A stretch of 64,000 bases of DNA from Candidatus Pacearchaeota archaeon (lineage in GTDB: Archaea > Nanobdellota > Nanobdellia > Pacearchaeales > GW2011-AR1), in assembly GCA_016188825.1 (NCBI GenBank), contig JACPHA010000017.1, positions 271 through 64,270 of the forward strand, given 5' to 3'. This document shows positions 44,529 through 52,553 of this stretch, in pieces (the first letter of the stretch is position 1; every line of letters starts with the position of its first letter). The position numbers and the translations under genes were made by a program. The notes beneath the pieces were generated by a model. That model searched no databases. It saw only the letters and a list, made by a program, of their open reading frames with translations, and was not told the origin of the DNA.

Positions 44529-45515
44529 TTGTTTTTAATTAAACTAAAAATGTTTAAGTTCACTCCTAAAAGAGAAAACATATTGAAAGGAAGAAGAAAC
44601 CACAACCGCTACGAAATCGTGAAAAGGTTCAAAGAAGAAAGGGACATGTATGTAAATAGCGGATTATTCAAATTAATAGCGCATAAACCAGAAGATTTTC
44701 AAATTGATATGAACCTTGAAAGTTATATGTCTTGTCTTGAATCAATAGACCCAACAGGAACTAACGAAATCTTTATCGATACAAATATGATTATTCCAAA
44801 CGATGCACAGAGGGAGTGGAATGCATCAATACCTTTTTTTTCAGATAGAGATTTCAAAGATCCATGTGCCGCTCTGCTAGAACAAATTAGTTCTTTAGTT
44901 GATTTTTATTCAGGTTTTTTTAATAGAGAAAACATAGTCATAATTCCTGAAGTAAGAAATGAAATATTAATCCAAACAAAATATGTAAGGAAAAGAATTA
45001 GAGAATTTACTTTAAAAGGAGTCAGGCAAAAGTTAGTCAGGCCAGTTAATAAATTAGAAGAAGTGGTTAAAAAAAATACTGAAAGATTTGAACAAAAGAG
45101 CTCAGAGTTGCATGACTTTGTTGAATACATTCACAGTTTAATACCCTCAAGCGGCTATTCAGGATATTCCGCGCACCCTAGCGAAACAGACAAAAGATTG
45201 GTTGCAACTCCTCTGGCTATTGGATTAGTAAATGGCGGATTAAAAATTCTCCTGTCAAACGATGGAGCAACGGCCGAAGCAATAAATAAACTAAAAGCTA
45301 TTTTTCGAGATAATCCAAAAGCATTAAGATTCAACGACTACTCTCCACCCAAAGAGCCCTTTGTTATTTGCGCTTATAAAATAAAACAATGTCCTGAATT
45401 AGGATTTTTTGTAAGAAGAACCACAATACAAAGTTTTTATAACACAACAAATAGATTTACTGCTCCGGCAAGCACTCTACCAAATCTTTATAACCTTGAA
45501 TTCTTCGTATACTAA
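44529..45515 (+). CDS. hypothetical protein, possible PIN-like nuclease domain
   Basis: EIFIDTNMIIPND, VIIPEVRNEIL, SETDKRLVATPLAIG and LLSNDGAT resemble the four acidic PIN motifs. Weak call. Confidence 0.35.
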   Translation: MFLIKLKMFKFTPKRENILKGRRNHNRYEIVKRFKEERDMYVNSGLFKLIAHKPEDFQIDMNLESYMSCLESIDPTGTNEIFIDTNMIIPNDAQREWNASIPFFSDRDFKDPCAALLEQISSLVDFYSGFFNRENIVIIPEVRNEILIQTKYVRKRIREFTLKGVRQKLVRPVNKLEEVVKKNTERFEQKSSELHDFVEYIHSLIPSSGYSGYSAHPSETDKRLVATPLAIGLVNGGLKILLSNDGATAEAINKLKAIFRDNPKALRFNDYSPPKEPFVICAYKIKQCPELGFFVRRTTIQSFYNTTNRFTAPASTLPNLYNLEFFVY

Positions 45516-46780
45516 TGGGCTTTTTCGATTTTTTAAAAAAATTTCAGAGCAGGGAAGAAACAAGAAAAGAACCCGAAAAAATAGTTTTTTCTGAAATAAA
45601 CAACTGGCTTGATGCTAGAGCAAATTCAGTTTTCAACGAACTCAATCAGAAATTAAATAATTTTAAAGAGCAAATAAATCAGGAAAAACAAAACCTCAAT
45701 GAGAAAATTAAAATTTTACAGGAAGCGCAAATAAAAAATCCAAACATTCCTGAAAGAGCAAAGCAAATAATGGAAGGAAACAGAAAAATATATGTCAATA
45801 AAATAAATTCTTTCTTATCTCAAATAAATTTTCCTGAAAACTCCAATCAAATCCCTGAATTTTTCTTAGTGTTTAACAATTCAATAAATGAGCTTGATAA
45901 AAACATTGTAAAAAATCATCATGTAATGGAAGAATTTTTCCTTGAAAAGGCAAGCGTGATTCCTCAAGGCATAAAAAAGATAGATTATTCAGTCAAAAAA
46001 GCAAAGGAAACAATTGAGGAATCTAAAATTAATTATATAAATAAAATAAAAGCGGGCATAACAAACACGAATAATAGAATAAGAGAAAAAGAAAAATTAA
46101 ACGAAGAAACAAATTTTCTTAATAACAATATAAAAAAACAAATTGATGAAATAAAAGACAATGAAAAAAATCTTACTGAACTTGAAAACTCGGAAGAAAA
46201 TAAAAACTTTTTGAATTTGATTAATGAAAAAGAGTTATTGGAAAAAGAAATTAGTTATGCAAAAGGAAAAATTCTGCATTCTTTTTCAGAAATTGAGTCC
46301 GCTTTTAAAAAATATGTTAAACTCAATCAAGAAGATAAAATTGCAAATTCTTATTTAACAAGCCCTCTGGCTTCCCTAATTGAAGACAAAGAATTGGAAA
46401 TAGAAAAAATAATAGAAAAAATTATCTCCTTGATAATCGAAAATAAAATAGAATTAAAAGACAAAAAGAGGGATAAAATCCTAAATGAATTAGGCAGACT
46501 TGACAATAGTTATTTTATATCTTTCCTCTCAAAATATGATACTCTAAATGAAAATATAAATAAAAAAAATTCAGAAATAGAAAAATTAAAAATTTCAGAA
46601 GAAATAGCGTCATTAAAAAATAAATTGCAGCAGGAAAGAATTAATTTAGAAAAAAACAAAATTAAAATTGAAAAAATTGAAAAGGAAATTTCTAGTTTAA
46701 ATCTTGAATTCGCAAAATCAATAAAAAATCTTGAGGCAGAAATAAAAAATGTCTTCGAGGAAGAAGTTAAAATATTATAG
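45515..46780 (+). CDS. long coiled-coil protein (Lys/Glu/Asn/Ile-rich)
   Basis: TAATG overlap with the previous ORF. Heptad-like low-complexity sequence throughout. Confidence 0.6.
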   Translation: MGFFDFLKKFQSREETRKEPEKIVFSEINNWLDARANSVFNELNQKLNNFKEQINQEKQNLNEKIKILQEAQIKNPNIPERAKQIMEGNRKIYVNKINSFLSQINFPENSNQIPEFFLVFNNSINELDKNIVKNHHVMEEFFLEKASVIPQGIKKIDYSVKKAKETIEESKINYINKIKAGITNTNNRIREKEKLNEETNFLNNNIKKQIDEIKDNEKNLTELENSEENKNFLNLINEKELLEKEISYAKGKILHSFSEIESAFKKYVKLNQEDKIANSYLTSPLASLIEDKELEIEKIIEKIISLIIENKIELKDKKRDKILNELGRLDNSYFISFLSKYDTLNENINKKNSEIEKLKISEEIASLKNKLQQERINLEKNKIKIEKIEKEISSLNLEFAKSIKNLEAEIKNVFEEEVKIL

Positions 46781-46823
46781 TGAATTCTGGTAATTGGGAT
46801 ACATTTTTTTCAGAATTCCCGTG

Positions 46824-46868
46824 ATGGATAATTCTCCAAAAACTACTCTAATCAAAAGAATTATCCAT
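46824..46868. terminator. perfect 12-bp inverted repeat between convergent genes
   Basis: atggataattct (46824-46835) pairs with agaattatccat (46857-46868). A second 8-bp pair gaattctg/cagaattc lies just upstream (about 46782-46818). Confidence 0.35.
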
Positions 46869-46877
46869 AATTTAAAC

Positions 46878-47498
46878 TTACCTCGCAGAGTCGGCCTGTT
46901 TCTCCGCCTCGTTCTTCTTTGAAAAAGCATAGCTTTCCATGTTTCCGTCTGCAGCTTTCATAATTTCGTCTGCCAAAGCCTCTGCCATTTTTTTCTTTTT
47001 TCCGAATGACTTGTTGTGAGCTCCTTGTGTCATCCATCTCAGAGCCAAATCAACTCTTCTCAAGGGTGAACTATCAACAGCCTGCGGATATCTTGCTCCA
47101 GCATGCTCAATAACTGTAATTTCGTCTCTAGGAGAGCCGTTTTCAATGGCGCTGACTAAAATCTGAACTGGATTTCTTTTAGTCCTTCTTTCAATTATGC
47201 TCATAGCGTCAAGAACTATTCTCATGTTTCTGTTATATTTTCCCGTCGACCAATTGCTTATTATTCTGTGCTTTTTTCCTATGTGTCCTGATGTAGCAAT
47301 TCTATTTGCCAATCTTTCCAAAATATTCACTTTCATCTTGCCAAATTTTGTAATGTTTCTCCCATGCGCCTTGGGAAGCAATCTCGGCTCTAAATTTATG
47401 AACGGCTTCATCGCATGGTCTTTTATTAAAATATTTGAAACATCAAACATGTCAAACAATTTCATTCCAGATTCAGTTTGTTTTATTTCGTGTATCAT
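46878..47498 (-). CDS. rps7: ribosomal protein S7 (uS7)
   Basis: NPVQILVSAIENGSPRDEITVIEHAGARYPQAVDSSPLRRVDLALRW. Confidence 0.95.
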   Translation of the reverse strand: MIHEIKQTESGMKLFDMFDVSNILIKDHAMKPFINLEPRLLPKAHGRNITKFGKMKVNILERLANRIATSGHIGKKHRIISNWSTGKYNRNMRIVLDAMSIIERRTKRNPVQILVSAIENGSPRDEITVIEHAGARYPQAVDSSPLRRVDLALRWMTQGAHNKSFGKKKKMAEALADEIMKAADGNMESYAFSKKNEAEKQADSAR

Positions 47499-47499
47499 T

Positions 47500-47922
47500 T
47501 TATCTTCTTCCCTTCTCTATCTTGCCTTGAACAAGCCTTTCCAATGGCTGGTCGTTTACTTTAATAACTTGAAATCTGATTCCTCTGATGTCTCCCTTTG
47601 ACCTTCCCTGTTTTCCTCCAATTCTCTCGATTATAACTTCATCATGCTCATCGATAAATTTTTGCGCCAAATTTCCTGGGATAAAAGCCCCGACAGAAAT
47701 TCCACTTTTTATCAACTGCACTTTGCAGCACTTCCTCATCGCAGAATTTGGCTGTGCAGCTTCTTTCTGAAATTTCCCAACAACAATTCCCTTTGCCTGC
47801 GAAGACCTTCCGAGCGGGTCAGCCTTAATTCTAAGCTGTTTCATTCTGACTACATAATTCCTATCGCTCCATCTAAATTTCTTTCTCTTCTTTATCAATT
47901 TTCTTGCATTTATCAATCCCAT
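47500..47922 (-). CDS. rps12: ribosomal protein S12 (uS12)
   Basis: QAKGIVVGKFQKEAAQPNSAMRKCCKVQLIKSG...IPG. Confidence 0.95.
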   Translation of the reverse strand: MGLINARKLIKKRKKFRWSDRNYVVRMKQLRIKADPLGRSSQAKGIVVGKFQKEAAQPNSAMRKCCKVQLIKSGISVGAFIPGNLAQKFIDEHDEVIIERIGGKQGRSKGDIRGIRFQVIKVNDQPLERLVQGKIEKGRR

Positions 47923-48120
47923 TGTAGTTCTTAATGAAAAAATTGCTTTAAAAATATTTCTAAGAGGATAATTTGTAGTTAGACCAATTAATAATTATTA
48001 TGTCGGAGAGCTACATTTTTTTAATTGATGACAAAAATTATCTAACAGATGATAAAAAGATTCGTAAACTATACAAGGTTATACCCTACTAAAGAATAGT
48101 TGTTTCCAAATAAAATTCCT

Positions 48121-48537
48121 CTAAGCAATCCTCAAACCGCTATTGAAAAAGTCATGAACGATTTTTTTCAGCTCTTCAAGTCTTCTCTTGTCTCTGCCAA
48201 TCAAAGCAGCTTTACTCCTGCCGTTCCCGGCGGTGATTATTAGTTCGTTTTCTTTTCTCTCAACCGATTTTACTCTGGCGGGAGCGATGATATCTTCGAT
48301 AAACCTTTTCAAATCATTGTCTCCCTCAATTTCTATTATTATTCTGATTTTCCTTCCTGTTTTTTCCTGCATTTTTCTTATGTTGCTAGCTCCCGCACCG
48401 ATTGCCCTTGAAACCTCATTTCTATTAACGGCAAAAAATATCGTATTGTTATGAATAAAACAATTTTTTGTCTTGACGTGCGTAATCTTATCAAGAAGAT
48501 TAATATACCTCATCGTTCTCATGTCAATAATAGCCAT
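48121..48537 (-). CDS. nusA: archaeal NusA-like transcription termination/antitermination protein (two KH domains)
   Basis: RYINLLDKITHVKTKNC...VSRAIGAGASNIRKMQEKTGRKIRII. Position upstream of S12/S7. Confidence 0.85.
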   Translation of the reverse strand: MAIIDMRTMRYINLLDKITHVKTKNCFIHNNTIFFAVNRNEVSRAIGAGASNIRKMQEKTGRKIRIIIEIEGDNDLKRFIEDIIAPARVKSVERKENELIITAGNGRSKAALIGRDKRRLEELKKIVHDFFNSGLRIA

Positions 48538-48564
48538 TTTAAATTCTTAAAAACCTCTTTTAGT

Positions 48565-48828
48565 TTATAAACTTTCCCCTGAAAAAACATGTGGGGAATG
48601 ATTCAATAAAAAATTAAGGGCTCTTTTCTTTCCCTCTCTCTCGGCCGCAGCATCATAATTTTCAAGCGCAAGACCAACGTCTGTTTGATAATTATTAGCC
48701 AATGCCAAAGCTTCGTTGACCGATAAATTGGTCCTTGACTTGAATGAATCTATATACCTTCCGACCAAATCAATTTGCATTTGATCATAGCCCCTTCTGC
48801 TCAACATTTTTCTTTTTGCTTCTCTCAT
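48565..48828 (-). CDS. hypothetical 87-aa protein in the rpoA-nusA interval
   Basis: ORF starts 1 nt after the rpoA stop. It does not resemble L30e, which usually occupies this slot. Confidence 0.5.
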   Translation of the reverse strand: MREAKRKMLSRRGYDQMQIDLVGRYIDSFKSRTNLSVNEALALANNYQTDVGLALENYDAAAEREGKKRALNFLLNHSPHVFSGESL

Positions 48829-48829
48829 T

Positions 48830-51800
48830 TTATTTCTCGCTCTTCTGCTTTCTTGCCAGAGGCCCAGTTACTTTAACTAACAAACCAGGCAAACCAGTTC
48901 CAACAGGAATAGGCTGATTTAATAAAATATTTTCTATAACAGATTTTAACTCATCTATAGAGCCCTTAATTGTCGCATTGACAAATTCTTTATCAGGGGT
49001 TTCAAATGTTGCTCTGGCCAAAACACTTTCTTTGTCTGTTATTATTCCCATTCTTGTAACTCCCTTGACAACGCCAGAAGAAGTCATTGCGTCTGCAATA
49101 AGCCATAGGTGTCTTTCATTAATGTCCAATCCTTGAGTTTCAATAACGTTTCTTATTTCGTTGATTACTGTCTGCCTCGCCGCCTCAATTCCCAAGACAT
49201 TTTCAACGTCATGAATATCATTTGAAAATATCTTTTCTTTATTAACTCCCTTCACTTCTCTTATATCTCTTAAATTCGAGCCAGTTGTTATAACAACAAA
49301 GTCTTTTCCTTTCTTCGACACAACAACCTGCGAGATTCCCTTGACTCCAGCAACAAGACCCTCTTTTAATTTTTCTTTTAGCTTGTAAATTTCTTTAAAC
49401 TCAAGCTCAGGAACATTAATTATTATTTTATTCCCTGCCAAATTTGCTTTGAATTTCTTCTCGCCGAGTCTTTCAAAAATTTTATTTGGTCCAACATGGG
49501 TATTCTTCAGAGCCTTTTGATCAAGCTCGATTTCAATTTTCTTTCTGCCAAAATCCACATTCATTTGCGAACCAACTTCTTTTAATTTAACTTCTTTAAT
49601 TTTTTCAGCGATGATTCTAGCCTCTTTTTCGTTATTATGCTCCTTGTCAAGATAAGCTTCCATAACAGGAGTAGAAGGCTGTTTTCTCGCGTCCAGAATT
49701 TCAATTAACCTGGGTAATCCAAGAGTAATCTGCATTTGCGCAACTCCTGCGTGGTGGAAAACATTCAGAACCATCTGTGTTGAAGCTTCTCCAAATGACT
49801 GGGCTGTAACAACTCCTACTGCCTCGCCGGGGCTTATCTTATCATTTTTCAGATGCAATTTTGCAACATCCCTGCCGTCAAAGCCATAAGCAAACTGAAC
49901 TATATTTTCAGAAGCGTCTCTGACAGTAAAATCATATTCAACTTTCAAATCCTGCAATGCATTTACAAGCCTTCTATACAAATAACCTGACTTTGGCGTT
50001 CTCAATGCGGTATCCATTAAACTGTCTCTTCCAGTGATTGCTCCAAAGAAAAATTCTGTTGGCTTTAATCCTTTCAAATAAGAAGATTTAATAAAACCCT
50101 TTGTTTCAGGTCCAAAATCTTCTTTCTTGAAAAATGAGAGAGTTCTTCCAGAATAACCAAAACTAATTCTCTTGCTCCATAAAGACTGCTGTCCAACACA
50201 GCACGCCATCTGTGTTATGTTAAGGACACTTCCCTTGCTTTCTGACTTTATCATCTTATTAACATTTTCTTCCTGCGACAAATTTGCTTTTACTATTTCA
50301 TTTATTTCAGTTCCAACCGTGTTCAGGGCCTGCATTATTTTTGTCTCTCTTGTTTCCTCAACAGTTTTTCCAGGCACGGCTTCTAGTTTTCCTAAGTTGT
50401 ATTCTTCAATAACTTCATAAGCCCTCTTTTGTGCTCTGTCAACAACCTCGCCAGCCATTTCCTTTGCTTTATCAGAAACGCTCAAATCTTTCAACGACAA
50501 AGTGTATCCTTTTCTTGTCAAATAAATTGTTCCGAGCGTAAATGCCTTGCTTATTGTGTCTACTGCAACATCCCTGCCGAAATCTTTATCTATTATTTTT
50601 ACCATCTCTCCATCTTCTGCTCCAAAGGTTTTGCTTGCAGTTATAATTCCTGGAATCTTCACATCGCTTCCTTTAGGGATGACTTGCGCAAAAACCTCTG
50701 TTCCAGGAATCTCTTTCTTTTTATGGCTATTCATAGTTCCAGTAGCAAACAAAAGCTGATCTGCATTGGTTTTCTCAACATTGTCGCGCCCTAGAAGATA
50801 TGCCCCAGTAACCGCGTCAGCAATTGTTCCGACCAAATTAGTATTATTTTTCGAAGAAATTATATTGTTGTTTATATCCAAGAGAACTTTTGCTTCTGAC
50901 AAAGCCTCTTCATTCTGACAACTGTGGATATTTATCTCATCTCCGTCATAATCTGCATTATAGGGTGCTGCAGCGGCTGGATGCAGCCTGAATGTTCTTC
51001 CCGACAAAACCTTAACATACTGGGCCATCAACCCCTGTTTATGCAGCGTCGGATGTCTGTTAACTAAAACAATGTCGCCGTCACGTAAATGCCTTTCTAC
51101 TTTGTATCCTGGTTTTAATTCTGCAATAATTTCTTCCTTCAAATCTTCTGTAACTCTTTTTCTTCTTCCATCTGTTCTGATTACATTATTTGCTCCAGGA
51201 TAATTGTTCCCATTTTTTATCAGCTCTTTCATCTCCTCAATATTCGTGCTTGTTACCGACTCTGCAACCGTGATAATTTCGGCAATCTCAAGAGGCACTC
51301 CTATTTCATTAATTTTTAAATACGGGTCTGGAGAAACAACTGTCCTTGCGCTGTAGTTAACTCTTTTTCCCGCGAGGTTATGCCTGATTCTTCCTTCTTT
51401 TCCTTTTATTCTTTCAGTAATTGTTTTCAACGGTTGTCCTGATCTGTGTCTTGCCGGCGGAATCCTGGAAACATTGTTATCAAAAAATGTTGTTACATGA
51501 TACTGCAGCAAATCCCACAAATCTTCAATAATAACTTCTGGGGCGCCCGCATTCAAATTCTCCCACAATCTTTGGTTTGCTCTTATTATATCGCTTAATT
51601 TATGTGTCAAATCATCTTCGCTCCTTTCTCCAGTTTCCAAAGTTATCGATGGCCTAACCGTTACCGACGGAACCAACAGCAAAGAAATAACCGCATATTC
51701 AGGCCTAGCTGTTTCCGGGTTTATGCCTATTTTTTTCAATTCAGAGTCAGGAATATTGACAAGCCTGTCTCTTATTTCTATTGGGCCCAATCTTTTTCCT

Positions 51801-52261
51801 TCGACCAAAAAATTGGTTGGTTTTTCCAATCTCACCCTGCTAAGATTTTCATTGCAATGCGGGCATTTTTTTGCGTCTTTTGCCTTCTTTACTCTCTGCG
51901 CTATAGAAAGGCCTTTCATTTTTTCCTCGGAAATTGTCAATCTTCTGCAGTGCAAGCAAAAGCTCCTCAAGCAAAGTTCTATCAATGGAATATATTTAAT
52001 ATGCAAAACAGGCCTTGCCAGTTCTATGCTTCCAGGATGCCCGGGGCATTCTTTGACTCTTTTTCCGCAAGTCCTGCATCTGACTCCAGGATCAATCGCG
52101 CCCAAGCGCAAGTCCATCAAGCCGCCATCAACAGGAAAACCGTCCATATCATACAATTCAGGCGTTACTATCTTAACCGCGCTGATTTTTTTAATCTGCT
52201 GCGGGCTAAGCAAATTAAACTTCAATGATCTTATTTGTTTTCTGAAAACTTTACCCGTCAT
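48830..52261 (-). CDS. rpoA: RNA polymerase subunit A, A' and A'' encoded as one continuous 1143-aa ORF
   Basis: N-terminal Zn motifs (CRTCGKRVKECPGH). Active site NADYDGDEINIH. A''-type trigger-loop region GEAVGVVTAQSFGEASTQMVLNVFHHAGV...LGLPRLIEILDARK (encoded about 49741-49830). A'' C-terminus ENILLNQPIPVGTG. No stop between the two parts. Confidence 0.95.
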   Translation of the reverse strand: MTGKVFRKQIRSLKFNLLSPQQIKKISAVKIVTPELYDMDGFPVDGGLMDLRLGAIDPGVRCRTCGKRVKECPGHPGSIELARPVLHIKYIPLIELCLRSFCLHCRRLTISEEKMKGLSIAQRVKKAKDAKKCPHCNENLSRVRLEKPTNFLVEGKRLGPIEIRDRLVNIPDSELKKIGINPETARPEYAVISLLLVPSVTVRPSITLETGERSEDDLTHKLSDIIRANQRLWENLNAGAPEVIIEDLWDLLQYHVTTFFDNNVSRIPPARHRSGQPLKTITERIKGKEGRIRHNLAGKRVNYSARTVVSPDPYLKINEIGVPLEIAEIITVAESVTSTNIEEMKELIKNGNNYPGANNVIRTDGRRKRVTEDLKEEIIAELKPGYKVERHLRDGDIVLVNRHPTLHKQGLMAQYVKVLSGRTFRLHPAAAAPYNADYDGDEINIHSCQNEEALSEAKVLLDINNNIISSKNNTNLVGTIADAVTGAYLLGRDNVEKTNADQLLFATGTMNSHKKKEIPGTEVFAQVIPKGSDVKIPGIITASKTFGAEDGEMVKIIDKDFGRDVAVDTISKAFTLGTIYLTRKGYTLSLKDLSVSDKAKEMAGEVVDRAQKRAYEVIEEYNLGKLEAVPGKTVEETRETKIMQALNTVGTEINEIVKANLSQEENVNKMIKSESKGSVLNITQMACCVGQQSLWSKRISFGYSGRTLSFFKKEDFGPETKGFIKSSYLKGLKPTEFFFGAITGRDSLMDTALRTPKSGYLYRRLVNALQDLKVEYDFTVRDASENIVQFAYGFDGRDVAKLHLKNDKISPGEAVGVVTAQSFGEASTQMVLNVFHHAGVAQMQITLGLPRLIEILDARKQPSTPVMEAYLDKEHNNEKEARIIAEKIKEVKLKEVGSQMNVDFGRKKIEIELDQKALKNTHVGPNKIFERLGEKKFKANLAGNKIIINVPELEFKEIYKLKEKLKEGLVAGVKGISQVVVSKKGKDFVVITTGSNLRDIREVKGVNKEKIFSNDIHDVENVLGIEAARQTVINEIRNVIETQGLDINERHLWLIADAMTSSGVVKGVTRMGIITDKESVLARATFETPDKEFVNATIKGSIDELKSVIENILLNQPIPVGTGLPGLLVKVTGPLARKQKSEK

Positions 52262-52553
52262 ATAAAAATTCCTCCAATTTTGCGCTAGTATCTCTATTGC
52301 TTATTATTTCATCAACGGTGCCAATCAAAACAAAAGAGCCAGGAAATTTTTTTCCAACTCTTATTCTTAATTCAGATTTATTTATATCATCGTCTGCTAT
52401 ATAATATTTTCCAAATCCGTTATTTGCTACAGCCAAATAATTTCCATCATAAGCTGCTCTAATTTTTATTTTATCAGCTCTGACATAATTTCTCATTCCG
52501 CGCTCTTCGGCTTCTCTTCTCTTTTTCTCGTTGTAATTCATTTCACTGCTCAT
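52251..52553 (-). CDS. hypothetical 100-aa protein wedged between rpoB and rpoA
   Basis: 11-nt overlap with the rpoB 3' end and 11-nt overlap with the rpoA 5' end. No recognisable motif. Confidence 0.55.
   Translation of the reverse strand: MSSEMNYNEKKRREAEERGMRNYVRADKIKIRAAYDGNYLAVANNGFGKYYIADDDINKSELRIRVGKKFPGSFVLIGTVDEIISNRDTSAKLEEFLYDG

Noticed and set aside
48020-48075. Possible C/D-box sRNA (ttgatgac ... agatgata)
   Set aside because: C-box-like words are present, but no CTGA D or D' boxes occur at the required spacing, and there is no terminal stem.
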